A stretch of DNA of 64,000 nucleotides from the human T2T-CHM13v2.0 reference genome, Homo sapiens, in assembly GCF_009914755.1 (NCBI RefSeq), contig NC_060926.1; one strand, written 5' to 3'. The notes beneath the pieces are model-generated. The model was given only the letters and a program-made list of their open reading frames with translations. It was not told the origin of the DNA and did no database searches. Positions 1-13,226 of this stretch are shown here, piece after piece; within the stretch, counting starts at the first letter, position 1; each line of letters starts with the position of its first letter. The position numbers were made by a program, and so were the translations under genes.

Positions 1-869
1 CCATAAATATTGAATACCATTAGACCATGTGTTGCAGGAAAAACTAAAACAACAGTTCCTGGCCTCTGGCTTATAGTCTAGGGATTATAAAATATATTCA
101 TAATTCACTGTAATTATGTATAGAAATGAGAGGCAGTATAATAAGTGGTTAAAATCTGAATTCTAGTGTCAGAGTGTTTGAGTTTGAAAACCTTCTACTT
201 GCTATCTATATGACTCTAAACAGTTACTTTTCTTCTTCGTGTCCTAAACTTCTTATCTGTTTGGGAAAAAAAAATGAGCCAAGTGTGGTGGCACATGCCT
301 GTAGTCCCATCTACTCGGGAGGCTGAGCAGCTGGGAGGATTACTTGAGCCTGGGAGTTCAGGGTCCAGCCTGGGCAACATAGTGAGACCCCCATCTCTTG
401 AAAAAAAGAAAAAAGTGGATAAAGTAATTCTAATAAGGGGTTGGGAGGTTTAGATGAGGTAATATGTTAAGCACTCTGGTGTCTAACGCACAGTGGGTCA
501 ATTAAGTGTTATTATTATGATTGTGATTATTTCTAGAAAATAAGGACTATAATTGGGTCCTGGTAATTGTCTTTTTTTTTTTTTTAATCATTTTAAAGTT
601 TTTCTGGAAAGAGAAAGCCTCTGACATGGGCTGAAGGTGCTCTCTCTTCTGAGTCCTAGGAATTGTACAAATAGGTACTCCTTGGAATCTGTGATTTTCA
701 TTGTTTATTATTATTCTAGAAACCCTAATCTGCTCTAACAGTGTTGGGCTCATAGTAGACAGCACATATGTATATTAAGTGAGCAAATAAATGAATGTAA
801 ATGTGTTCTAGAGAGACTGGTTTGTGAATTGAAAGAATTGTGATGATCTAATTAATGTTTTGGTTTCAG

Positions 870-950
870 GTTTGAAAGATTAGAAGTCCTGGCTGTATTT
901 GCCTCCACAGTCTTGGCACAGTTGGGAGCTCTCTTTATATTAAAAGAAAG
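870..950 (+). CDS. SLC30A6: SLC30A6 (ZnT6) internal coding exon, 81 nt
   Basis: tttcag|G...AAAG|gtacat; translates (G)FERLEVLAVFASTVLAQLGALFILKE(S), a CDF-family segment; phase joins the next exon. Confidence 0.95.
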
Positions 951-1451
951 GTACATTTGTATAGGATATTATTCTAAATCCCCCCATGACACCTTTGGGA
1001 ACATGAAAGAAACCCGTCAGACACATTTGCTTTCAAGGGTATGAAAACTTAGATGAGCAGGGCTGGAGTTTTGATAGTACACTTTCTTTATGTTTCAGAC
1101 TTTTTCTTCTGTTTCATTTTTTTTACTTCCTTCCTTAATGCTACTAAATTGAATCAGAAGTGGTTGTGAATGAAACAGAGATTCAGTCAGGCATGTTTGA
1201 TGCTTATTACAAACCCATTGAAATAGGCTTGGCAGAGAAAGATAGACATTACATATTAAGGATAATTTGTGAAAAAAGAAAACAACTAAAAAGGATAATT
1301 TATGAGTCTCCTTGCCTCATCACTGCTAATAGTTAATAGTTATAATATTAAAAGATTTTGTGAACTTTAAGGTGGGTGAATGATATATTTAATAAAGCTT
1401 TTTAACTTTATAATTTATAGGACTTATTTAATATATTTTTATTTCTTATAG

Positions 1452-1487
1452 TGCAGAACGCTTTTTGGAACAGCCCGAGATACACAC
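1452..1487 (+). CDS. SLC30A6: SLC30A6 coding exon, 36 nt
   Basis: ttatag|T GCA GAA CGC...CAC AC|gtgag; (S)AERFLEQPEIH(T). Confidence 0.93.
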
Positions 1488-2422
1488 GTGAGATTTTATT
1501 TTCAATATATAATTTACTATTGATTCTTAATTATTAATTGATGTATTATTAAACAGTTGGCCAATGTCAGATTTCAGACTGTGGCAACATAACGTTTTTG
1601 CTGGTATTTCACAAACAAAATTCCCTAATACTAAGACTCCGTTTCTTTACTCTTAACAGTTCCCAAGTTCTAAATATTTTTATACTACACAGGAAGGCCT
1701 TTCTATCTTGGCTTCAGGCTTCTCATTATTTCCAGGCCTAGGAAACACTAACCCAGCTTCCCCTAGTCTTCTGTAATTTCAAATTTGACCTTCAAAATCT
1801 TTGCATAGCACCTGTAGAAAAGAGAATTGGACGAGGCTCAGGGATTCAGTGTAATCCCAGCACTTTGGGAGGCTAAGGCAGGAGGATCGCTTGAGTTCAG
1901 GAGTTCAAGACCAACCTGGACAACAGAGTGAGACCCTGTCTCCAAAAAAAAGAAACGTATATATGTTTCATATATATTGCAACTATGTGATTTTCATATA
2001 TATATGAAAAGAGAATTGTATGTATCATATATATGAAAAAACAATTGTATTTCTCAACCACAGAGCTGCCAACTATATGGACCTTATCTATTCTGATCAG
2101 TTTAATTCCACAAAGTCTGACTTGTCCAGTATATCGTAAAACAAATACCATTGATATTTATACAGATTTATAACAGCGTTTACCTGTAGCAAGGTACTGT
2201 TAATGCTAAAAGTCCTTACTTATCCTTTGTAAGATGGAGCAACAGTAGATGGGACATGGGTGATGGGGCTAGAAACTAAGTTCAGATTCTGTATCTGGAA
2301 ACACCAAATCATTAAAGCAGACCACTTTACCTTCCCACCTCTTAGTCCCTCTACGTATTGAAATTACATACTGATAATACCAAGAACAAATTAAAGGTGA
2401 ATGTTATCGTTGTTCTTTTTAG

Positions 2423-2517
2423 GGGAAGATTATTAGTTGGTACTTTTGTGGCTCTTTGTTTCAACCTGTTCACGATGCTTTCTATTCGGAATAAACCTTT
2501 TGCTTATGTCTCAGAAG
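2423..2517 (+). CDS. SLC30A6: SLC30A6 coding exon, 95 nt
   Basis: ttttag|G GGA AGA...GAA G|gtatgt; GRLLVGTFVALCFNLFTMLSIRNKPFAYVSE. Confidence 0.95.
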
Positions 2518-4629
2518 GTATGTTTTTTATTTACTATTAATTTAAAAATCCAACTAATCTCTCATAAAAACAAGCCTTTTGTTTGTTTCGTTCACTCAGA
2601 TCAATGAAGAAGTATATTCTGAAGACAAGAGAGAACTAGCCCAAATGTTCTCAAGTCTTTTTTAAGTGGAAAATTATAAAACAAAATCTCATTAGTTCAA
2701 GCTTTAAAATAACAAATTATTTTAAAACAGGCAGGAGTGACCTGTAAATTAAATCATGTGGTGATGAAAAATTACATTTACCAAATAATGTGAGATTCTA
2801 AATGTGTAATCTATCTAAGAAAAGTCTATTGTAAGCATTTTAGAAGTATCAGTATACTTAGAATTCTTAGTTGATATGCTAATTGAAAATAATTGTATTC
2901 TGTTAATAAAGTAAGTTCCCAGGAACTTCTCTTTGGCAATGGTGGATGGGCATATATGTTTGCAAGTAGCCAAACTTTATTTCTTTGGAAATATTCTTTT
3001 ATTTTGAAGTATTTACAACTTCAGACTGATTTTTCACTTTTGCAGTCTAAATTATTTTCTTTTTTCAATAATTTCAGTGTTTTGGAATCCCACTAACCCA
3101 CAAAAGAGTTAGCCACTAAGAGATGGAGAAGTGAGGTGAAAATAGAAGTGGGATGTGTGCACAGACCCACACTTTGAAGTATAGAGAAGCACAGATAGGT
3201 GTGGATCTTTTTAGATCTCACTCTAGGATAGTCAAGAGAAGAAAGTTTTCTGAAATGCCCATTCAAGTTTAAACAACTTCATGAATGTTATGAAGATAAA
3301 TTGTGTTTGTATGAGTTAAAGAAGTACTGCATGAATTAGAAAATTAAATAATGATAATTAAGATCACTAGAATTTCTTGAAAAAAATTCATAATTTATAA
3401 AATACTATAACACTTACTCTAGAAATTTTTAAGATGGTGCAAAGATTTAGAAACACTGTTTCCCTGTAAAGATCAGGGAGATACAAGAAGGAAATAAGAC
3501 TACTGATAATCTTATGACCCACAGATAATATGTTAACATTTCTATGTTATTCCTTCCACTTTTTTGTATGCACACGTACATATAATTTTATGTGCTTACT
3601 TAGAATTGTATATATTACAGTTTTATGCCTGGCTTTTTTTTTTTTTTTTTTGAAACGGAGTCTCACTCTCTTGCCCAGGCTGGAGTGCAGTGGCGCAATC
3701 TTGGCTCACTGCAACCTCTGCCTCCTTGGTTCAAGGGGTTACAGGAATGTGCCACCATGCCTGGCTGATTTTTGTATTTTTAGCAGAGACGGGGTTTCCC
3801 CATGTTGGCCAGGCTGGTCTCACTCCTGACCTCAGGTGATCTGTCCACCTTGGCCTCCCAAAGTGCCGGGATTACAGGTGTGAGCCACTGCGTCCGGCCA
3901 TGTCTGGCTTTTTGATTAGCATTATGTCTTCAGTATTGCTTCTCATTAAATACTCTTTGAATGTAAATGATTTTTTAATGTTTGCATAATATTGTTATGA
4001 ATATTTTAAAATATTTTATACATTTCTAACTTTTCCTTTTATAAATAACTCTATAATCAGCCTCTTTAGATCAACTTCGTCTGCATTTTTTATTCTTTCT
4101 GTAGGATAAATTCCCCGAGAAGGAATTATTTACTGGATTAAAAATACAGTATTTTTCAAAGGCTTTGTTGTATATTGCCAAATTTATTTCCAGAAAAGTT
4201 ATCTAGTTTATATTTTTATTATATTATATTATATTTATTTATTTATTTATTTTTTAATAGAGACAAAGTCTACCTGTGTTACCCAGGCTGGTCTCAAACT
4301 CCTGGGCTCAAGCAGTCCTCTCACATCAGCCTCCCAAAGTGCTGGGACGACAGGCGTGAGCCACTGCTCCCAGCCTACTTTATATTTTCATTAGCTGGAA
4401 ATGGAGGTTCCCAGAAACATCAAGATTTGTGACATTAGCTGGGCTTGGTAGCATGTGCCTCTAGTCCCAGCTACTCAGGAGGCTGAGGTGGTTGTATTGC
4501 TTGAGTTCAGGAGTTTGAGTTCAGCCTGGGAAACATAGCAAGACTCTGGCTTTAAAAAAAAATGAAGGCTGGGTCTGGTGGCTCACACCTGTAATCCCAG
4601 CAGTTTGGGAGACCAAGTCAGGCGGATCA

Positions 4630-4847
<218 letters not shown>

Positions 4848-5036
4848 TCAAAACAAAAAAAAAAGAAAAAAGATTTGTGAAATTACTTGAAATTTGAGTG
4901 GGAAATAATATTAAGTACTTTCTATATGCCAAGCACTGCTAAATACTTTACATAGAATAACCTATTTAATTCTAGCCAGGTAGGTACCCAGGTTCTCACC
5001 TGGCTTTTTTGAGAGTTGAGGGAATTAATTTGTATG

Positions 5037-5253
5037 TAGTTTGAATATCCCTTATCTGAAATGCTTGGGGCCAGAAGTGTTTCACATTTTAGGTTGTCTT
5101 AGATTTCGGAGTGTTTGCATTATATGTATGGGTTGAGCATCCCAAACCTGAAAATTTAAAATTCGAAACGCTCCTATGAGCATTTCCTTTGAGTATCATG
5201 TTGGTGCTCAAAGTTGTGGATTTTTGGTTTTCAGATTTGGGATCCTCAGCCTG
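5037..5253. mobile_element. Tigger4/MER46-like DNA transposon relic
   Basis: ttgaatatcccttatctgaaatgcttgggg...gggatcctcagcctg-ta; degenerate terminal inverted repeats. Confidence 0.65.
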
Positions 5254-5284
5254 TACCTATGGCCCGTTCTCAGCACACTAGTTA

Positions 5285-5617
<333 letters not shown>

Positions 5618-5877
5618 TTAAAACCTTAAATTAATAGTAACAATGACATAAATTCCTTCAGGTCAACTGTATATTGTATAATAGTTGAAACTGCTTTTGA
5701 ATTAGTGGCATAAGGGCATAAAAGAGGAAACATTTATAGATTTGAGGAGTAGCATGTTCTTTTGTAATGTTATTCAGTCACTGCCAAATTTATTTTTTAA
5801 AATTAAAGAACTCAAATATTTCAGGTAGTGGTTTTTTTTTCTTCTATATAGATAATTTAAGTATTTTCTTCTTAAAG

Positions 5878-5926
5878 CTGCTAGTACGAGCTGGCTTCAA
5901 GAGCATGTTGCAGATCTTAGTCGAAG
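5878..5926 (+). CDS. SLC30A6: SLC30A6 coding exon, 49 nt
   Basis: ttaaag|CT GCT AGT...CGA AG|gtaag; (A)ASTSWLQEHVADLSR(S). Confidence 0.93.
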
Positions 5927-6240
5927 GTAAGATGTTATGGAGTTTCATGATATGCATAATTTAAAGGAATACACAAGAAATGCATCTATCATGGGAACTT
6001 AAATTATTCGTTGCTGAGGTTACTACGTGAATCACACAGGTCAGATTGTTATTCTCCCTTTACTTTTTAATTGATACAAAAGAGAACTTTATAAATGAAA
6101 GGGCTTTGTTCACAAATCCTCTTTGCTTTCTTTAAGAAGTACACTATGTGGTACCAAAATACAAGTTATCTTTTACAAGGTTGTCACCAGTTTTATGTGA
6201 GTTCTGCTAATGGATACTCTTTCTGTTTGTTTTTTCTTAG

Positions 6241-6360
6241 CTTGTGTGGAATTATTCCGGGACTTAGCAGTATCTTCCTTCCCCGAATGAATCCATTTGT
6301 TTTGATTGATCTTGCTGGAGCATTTGCTCTTTGTATTACATATATGCTCATTGAAATTAA
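6241..6360 (+). CDS. SLC30A6: SLC30A6 coding exon, 120 nt (includes TM V)
   Basis: tcttag|C TTG TGT...ATT AA|gtgagt; LCGIIPGLSSIFLPRMNPFVLIDLAGAFALCITYMLIEI. Confidence 0.95.
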
Positions 6361-7114
6361 GTGAGTATTTTTTATTGTTGTCAAGTATGTTTTGATTTCT
6401 GGGGACTTACTTTTAAGGGCATCAGCAGGATGGATAGTGGTCAAGCTTCTAGCAGTTTCGCTTATGTCCTGTGTAACTTAGATCACATCTTTTCCTTAGG
6501 TGTCTTCATCTGAAAAATTAAGGGGATTGGGTTCAATAAGTATTTCTTACCACAATGTATAATGCAGACTGGAAAACAATTTAAATTCCCTACTGCTGAC
6601 CTGATGAGTGAAACAGAAAAGAGAACAGTAAGAAAGAGATCTGAGCCACCACTGCTATTGCCGAGAGAGGGAGGAGAAGAGGACGTAGGCGTGAAACAAT
6701 TTTTTAAAAATAAAGCCTTTTAGGAAATAGGCTTTACAGCTGCTTTAAGCTTAACATGTTATGGCATATGATTCTTTGGCTACCCACCTTTTAAGTATTA
6801 GTCTTTACTAGAATTTGTCCTTATTGTTCTTGCTGTTTTATGTATTTTCCTTAAAAATCACATGCAAGTATTTGTTTTTGTTTGCTACTTCTGTGGGATT
6901 CCTAGATTTTTATTTCTAGCCCACATCTCTATTGAATTCCAAAAGGCGTATCTTCCTGACTTCTATAGGTGTCTACTTTAACTGAACCTATTTTCCCTTA
7001 ACTCTGAAACTGTTTTTTCTTCTATCTCCCATCTCAGTGAATGGGAGATACAAGAAAAATACTGTCATTTATGCCAATGCATTCTTATTTTAAATTGCAT
7101 TAAAATATACATAA

Positions 7115-7255
<141 letters not shown>

Positions 7256-7409
7256 TAGAGGCACCTGCCACCACACCTGGCTAATTTTTGTATTTTTAAT
7301 AGAGATGAGGTTTTGCCATGTTGGCCAGGCTGGTCTTGAACTCCTGACCTTAGGTGATCCACCTGCCTCGGTGGCTCATGACTGTAATCCCAACATAGAG
7401 TTTTTTATT

Positions 7410-8250
7410 TACATTGAGTGTACAATTTGGTGACATTGCATGCAGCCATTACCACCATCCATCTCCAGAACCTTTTTCCTCCTGCCTTCCTTAAATTCCA
7501 TGCTCATTAAGCAGCTTTCCTTTTCCTCCTCCTCACAGCCCCTGGAAACCACCATTCTAGTTTCTGTCTCTAGGAATTTGACTTCTCTAAGTACTTCACA
7601 GAAATGAAATCATATAATATTTGTTCTTTTGTGTCTGCTTATTTCACTTAGCATAATGTCCTCAAGGTTCATCTATGTTGTAACATGTCAGAATTTCCTT
7701 CCTTTTTAATTGGAATGCTGAATCACATTTTCCAATGCATAATGGGTAAACAATGCATTTTGTTTACCCATTTATCCATCAGTGGATATTTGAATTGGTT
7801 GCATTTCTTTGACTATTGTGAATAATACCACTGTGAACACGAGTGTACAAATATCTGAGTCCTTCCTTTCAGTTCGTGTGGGTATATACCCAGAAGGGAA
7901 ATTACTGGGTCATGTGATATGATAATTCTGTATTTATCTAATTTATTTAATTTTTTATTTTTGTAGGCACATAGTAGGTATATATATTTATGGGGTACAT
8001 GAGATATTTTGATACAGGCATACAGTGCATAATAATCACATCAGGGTAAATGGGGTATCCATCACCTCAAGGATGTATTTTTTCTTTGTGTTCTAATTAT
8101 GCTCTTGTTTATTTTAAAATGTACAATAAATTATTGTTGACTGTAGTAACCCTGTTTTGCTATCAAATAGTAGATTTTATTTATTCTAACTATATTTTTA
8201 TATCCATTAACCATCCCCCACATCCCCCCAATATTTTAGTTTTTTGAGGA
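7410..8250 (-). mobile_element. Old L1M/L1MA 3'-end fragments
   Basis: cttatttcacttagcataatgtcctcaaggttcatc and tatttatggggtacatgagatattttgatacaggcat are typical L1 3'UTR antisense sequence. Confidence 0.75.
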
Positions 8251-8880
8251 ACTCCAGTGCATCATTAATACCCACTTTTCCTCCCTCCTCCTCTCTCACC
8301 ACTCCCCAAGCCATTTCTAATTCGTCTCCAAGCCTTGTGTAATTGTTTATTAATATTTATTTATTTGGCTGGGTGCGGTGGCTTACACCTGTAGTCCCAG
8401 CACTTTGGGAAGCCGAGGCGGCTGGGTCGCCTGAGGTCAGGAGTTCAAGACCAGCCTGGCCAACATGGCAAAACCCCGTCTCTGCTAAAAATACAAAAAT
8501 TAGCTGGGCGTGGTGATGCACACCTGTAATCCCAACCACCTGGGAGGCTGAAGCAGGAGAATCGCTTGAACCCAGGAAGTGGAGGAGGTTATATATATAT
8601 GAGACATATATACACACACACACACACACAAATATAAAATATGTGTTGATATATATATATAAACATATATATATGTTTATTTGTCCCCTCTTTCCCATTC
8701 TCATTGCTGCTGTCCCTATTAAGACCTTTATCATCATTTCTTTGGCCTAATTAGAATAGCCTCTGGTCTTCTAGTTTTCATTCTTATCCATTGCTAGTTA
8801 CCTTTTATTTTGTCACTAATGTGATCATTCAAAATTGCTAGTTTGGAGATAATATATTCCTGTTTCAAAACCCTCCCCTT

Positions 8881-9391
8881 GAGGTGTACCCAACAGCTCA
8901 TTGAGAACGGGCCACGATGACAATGGCGGTTTTGTGGAATAGAAAAGGGGGAAAGGTGGGGAAAAGATTGAGAAATCGGATGGTTGCTGTGTCTGTGTAG
9001 AAAGAAGTAGACATGGGAGACTTTTCATTTTGTTCTGTACTAAGAAAAATTCTTCTGCCTTGGGATCCTGTTGATCTATGACCTTACCCCCAACGCTGTG
9101 CTCTCTGAAACATGTGCTGTGTCCACTCAGGGTTAAATGGATTAAGGGCGGTGCAAGATGTGCTTTGTTAAACAGATGCTTGAAGGCAGCATGCTCGTTA
9201 AGAGTCATCACCACTCCCTAATCTCAAGTACCCAGGGACACAAACACTCTGCCTAGGAAAACCAGAGACCTTTGTTCACTTGTTTGTCTGTTGACCTTCC
9301 CTCCACTGTTGTCCTGTGACCCTGCCAAGTCCCCCTCTGCGAGAAACACCCAAGAATGATCAATAAAGAAAAAAAAAATAATAATAATAAT
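8881..9391 (+). mobile_element. 5'-truncated SVA (SINE-R portion only)
   Basis: gaggtgtacccaacagctcattgagaacgggcc...cacccaagaatgatcaataaa then A-rich tail; 14-bp TSD aaaaccctcccctt at 8867-8880 and 9392-9405. Confidence 0.93.
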
Positions 9392-10022
9392 AAAACCCTC
9401 CCCTTTGCATAGTTGCAAAAATTGAAGTTGTCAGCACAGAGTCCTGAGTAATCAGGCCTCTACCAACCTTACTAACCATCCATCTATCTATTCCTGACCA
9501 TTTGTGGTTTTATTGCTGGGTCAGGGTTTTCATGCCCCTGCACATGCTGCTTTCACTTGCCTATCTTTGAAGTCTCTGCCCAAATGTCACCTTCTGGATT
9601 ATCTCCACCCCAGGAGCCTTGTCACTCAATCTTTTGTGCGGCCATGGTACTCTGTAGACATTTCTGCCTTAGTGCCCAAAGTGCTTCATTATGTTTTTCA
9701 CATGTGTATCTCCTGTTATTTCTAGGGCAAGGATTGTGTCTCATTCACATTTCTATTTCTAGCATGTGGGGAAAAGTAGAAAAGAGTGCACAATCAGCTT
9801 GTAATTATTGGCATTTTGGTCTGTATTGTTGGTAGAACTTCAGCCAGTTTGAATTGTTGATGTTGACTACAGTGTTACCATAAAAAATTCCTGGAGAATC
9901 TTACCTGGTGAAATTCCTGGGGAATTTGAAGTCTTATTAGAAATAATTATCGCTCACTGGAAACTTGATATAATTACTGATAGATTCCATTAGTCTTTCT
10001 GTATCAAAAATTACTAGTTGAA

Positions 10023-12757
10023 TGACACACAGCCACGGCTGAGTGGCTGCCCTGCCCCTGTTTCCTTTCACGTTTTTGCTGCATGTAGGTGGTTGTGGCC
10101 ACTGTGCCCGGAGGGAGGCAGCAGTGGCCAGTAATGCCTGGGAAACTCCTCTGGGGGTACATTATGGAACTGGAAGCACCCTTGGAGGAGTCCGAGAGCC
10201 AGAAGAAGGAGAGGCAGAAGAGCTTTATGGATATCACAGTTTCGGCTAATGGATTATGGACCTGTACTTCCCTTATATGGTTTTTATGAAGATTTAAACA
10301 AGATAAGCTGAAAATACATTACACAGTGCTGGAGTGACAGAAGGAAGTCAAGCCACCATTATGACTCAGATGAGAAATCAGAAACAAGAGAAAATGGTGT
10401 TACAGATTACCTGGATGCTCCCAAGACCAAAAAAATTAAAATGAAAGAGAAGCTAAATGGAGACACTGAAGAAGGATTTAATAGACTTTCAGATGAATTC
10501 TCTAAATCTCATAAGTCAAGAAGAAAAGATCTACTGAATGAGATATTGATGAATATGAAAAAAAAAAAGCAAGTATCATCCTTAGATAGTTCTACTCATG
10601 AATCAAGTGATAAGAAGCTAGAGGAGACCTTAACACATGAACAGAAAGAAGGAACCTTCTCCAATCTTCCTATTTCTGAAGAGACTATAAAGCTTCTGAA
10701 AGGTTGAGGGGTAACATCTCTCTTTCCTGTTCAAGTTAAGACCTTTGGTCCTGTATATGAAGGAAAAGATTTAATAGCTCAAGCACAGACGGGAACAGGA
10801 AAGAAAGACATTCTATTTTGCGATCCCTTTGATTGAAAGACTCCAAAGAGATCAAGAAACAGTTTTTTGTTTGTTTGTTTGTTTGTTTGTTTTTTGAGAC
10901 AGAATCTCGCTCTGTCGCCCAGGCTGGATCTCGGCTCACTGCAAGCTCCGCCGCCCGGGTTCACACCATTTTCCTGCCTCAGCCTCCCAAGTAGCTGGGA
11001 CTACAGGCACCCGCCACCACCCCCGACTATTTTTTTTTGTATTTTTAGTAGAGACGGGATTTCACCGTGTTAGCCAGGATGGTCTCAATCTCCTGACCTT
11101 GTGATCTGCCCATCTCGGCCTCCCAAAGTGCTGGGATTGCAGGCGTGAACCACTGTGCCCAGCTCTGATTGGATCTTTCTAAACTGTGCCATGTTGTGCT
11201 TGATGAAGTGGATCAAATGTTAGAGTTAGGTTTTGCTGAACAAGTTGAAGATATTATTCATGAATTCTACAAAACTGATTCTGAAGACAGTCCTCAGACT
11301 TTACTTTTTTCTGCAGCTCGCCCACAGTGGGTATGCAAAGTTGCAAAAAAATGAGTGAAATCCAGATACGAACAGATTGATGTTTTTGGAAAAATGACTC
11401 AAAAGGCTGCAGCTTCTGTGGAACATTTGGCCATCCGGTGTCATTGGTCTCAGAGGCCAGCAGTTACTGGAGATGTCCTTCAAGTCTACAGTGGGTCTGA
11501 AGGGACGGCTATTATTTTCTGTGAGACCCAGAGGAGTGTAACTGAAATAGCCATGAATCCACACATAAAACAGAATGCCCAGTGTTTACATGGGGACATT
11601 GCACAGTCACAAAGAGAATTTACACTAAAAGACTTCAGAGAAGGTAGTTTTAAAGTTTTGGTGGCAACCAACGTGGCTGCCTGTGGTTTGGACATTCCTG
11701 AAGTTGACCTGGTGATTCATGGTTCTCCTCCTCAGGATGTTGAGTCTATATCCATCGTTCTGGACGCACAGGTAGAGCTGGACAGACAGGGATTTGTATA
11801 TGTTTTTATCAACCAAGAGAAAGAGGTCAACTAAGATATGTGGAACAAAAAGTAGGAATTACTTTTAAATGTGTAGGTATTCCTTCTACAATGGATTTAG
11901 TTAAATCTAAAAGCACGGATGCCATAAGGTCTCTGGCTTCTGTTTCTTATGCTGCTGTTGATTTTTTCCAACCATCAGCTCAGATACTGACAGAAGAGAA
12001 AGGGGCAGTGGATGCATTGGCTGCAGCTTTAGCCCACATTTCTGGTGCATCAGGCTTTGAACCACGATCTTTGATCACCTCTGATAGGGATTTGTGACCA
12101 TGACTCTGGAAAGCCTAGAGGAAATACAGGATGTCAGCTGTGCTTGGAAAGAACTTAACAGAAAGCTGAGTAGTAATGCAGTGTCTCAGATTACCAGAAT
12201 GTGCCTCCTGAAAGGAAATGTGCGTGTTTGCTTTGATGTTCCTACAACTAAGTCAGAAAGGTTACAGGCAGAGTGGCATGATTCCGACTGGATATTCTCA
12301 GTGCCAGCCAAATTACCTGAAATTGAAGAATATTATGATAGAAACACATCTTCTAATTCCAGACAGAGGAGTGGTTGGTCAAGTGGCCAGTCGGGCCGAT
12401 CAGGTGGTCGATCTGGCAGCCGGTCAGTTAGACAGAGTCCACAAGGGAGTCGCTCAGGAAGTTGACAAGATGGTAGAAGATGAAGAGGGAATAGAAATCG
12501 ATCAAGAAGTGGGAGCCACAAACGGAGTTTTGACTATTTGATAGTTAATCTACCAGTATGAGGTTGCCTATTTCTGCCTAATCATGTATATTATGCACCA
12601 AAAATTAGGTCATCATAGTTGAGGTATGTGTCTGCTATTTGCAAATAAATTGGTCATATTTTTTTAAAAAGTATTTCACAAGAATGATTGTAAACAGATC
12701 TACTTACCAGTTATACCTTTGAATTAAAAAACCTCTTTTTATTGTCTCTTTTCAAAA
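10023..12757 (+). pseudogene. DDX50P1: Processed pseudogene of DEAD-box helicase DDX50 (probably DDX50P1)
   Basis: Intronless, frameshifted DDX50-like peptides (MPGKLLWG.. ATG at 10134; LDEVDQML; VLVATNVAA; RS/G-rich tail); ATTAAA at 12723, short A tail; 17-bp TSD aaaaattactagttgaa at 10006-10022 and 12758-12774. Confidence 0.93.
10862..11163 (-). mobile_element. AluY inside the DDX50 pseudogene
   Basis: AluY-type gcaagctccg and tgttagccaggatggtctc; (ACAA)n tail; small internal deletion; no visible TSD. Confidence 0.9.
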
Positions 12758-13123
12758 AAAAATTACTAGTTGAAGTTTTTTGTCTGTCTCAAGCAAATAA
12801 ACATATTTCAGCTCTTTCTAGTTGACAGATAGTTTGACAAAAAAATGCCTGACGGGGAAATGTCCACATTTTTTTTCATCATACCTCTTCCTACTAATTA
12901 ACATAATTATTAGTTATTTTTCCACTAAACTTTGAAAGGAAAGAATTCTAAAAACTGGAGTATTTTTCTTTGAAATGTTTCTTTGCAAGTAGTGGCCAAT
13001 TGTGATAAAATTGTGTCCTGTTGCTCAGTCCTGTTGCTTTAGATAATTAATGTTCAGGAGATTTAATTGTAATATGCCCAGTGAGATATAAATTTAAAAT
13101 TTAGAATTGTTTTTTCCTTTTAG

Positions 13124-13226
13124 TAATTATTTTGCCGTAGACACTGCCTCTGCTATAGCTATTGCCTTGATGACATTTGGCACTATGTATCCCATGAGTG
13201 TGTACAGTGGGAAAGTCTTACTCCAG
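13124..13226 (+). CDS. SLC30A6: SLC30A6 coding exon, 103 nt
   Basis: ttttag|T AAT TAT...CTC CAG|gtaagg; NYFAVDTASAIAIALMTFGTMYPMSVYSGKVLLQ. Confidence 0.95.

Noticed and set aside
11355-12465. Helicase-like ORFs as a functional DDX50 paralog
   Set aside because: Multiple stops and frameshifts, damaged motifs (SAA for SAT, ACG for ARG, broken motif VI), missing motifs Ia/Ib, and retrocopy hallmarks
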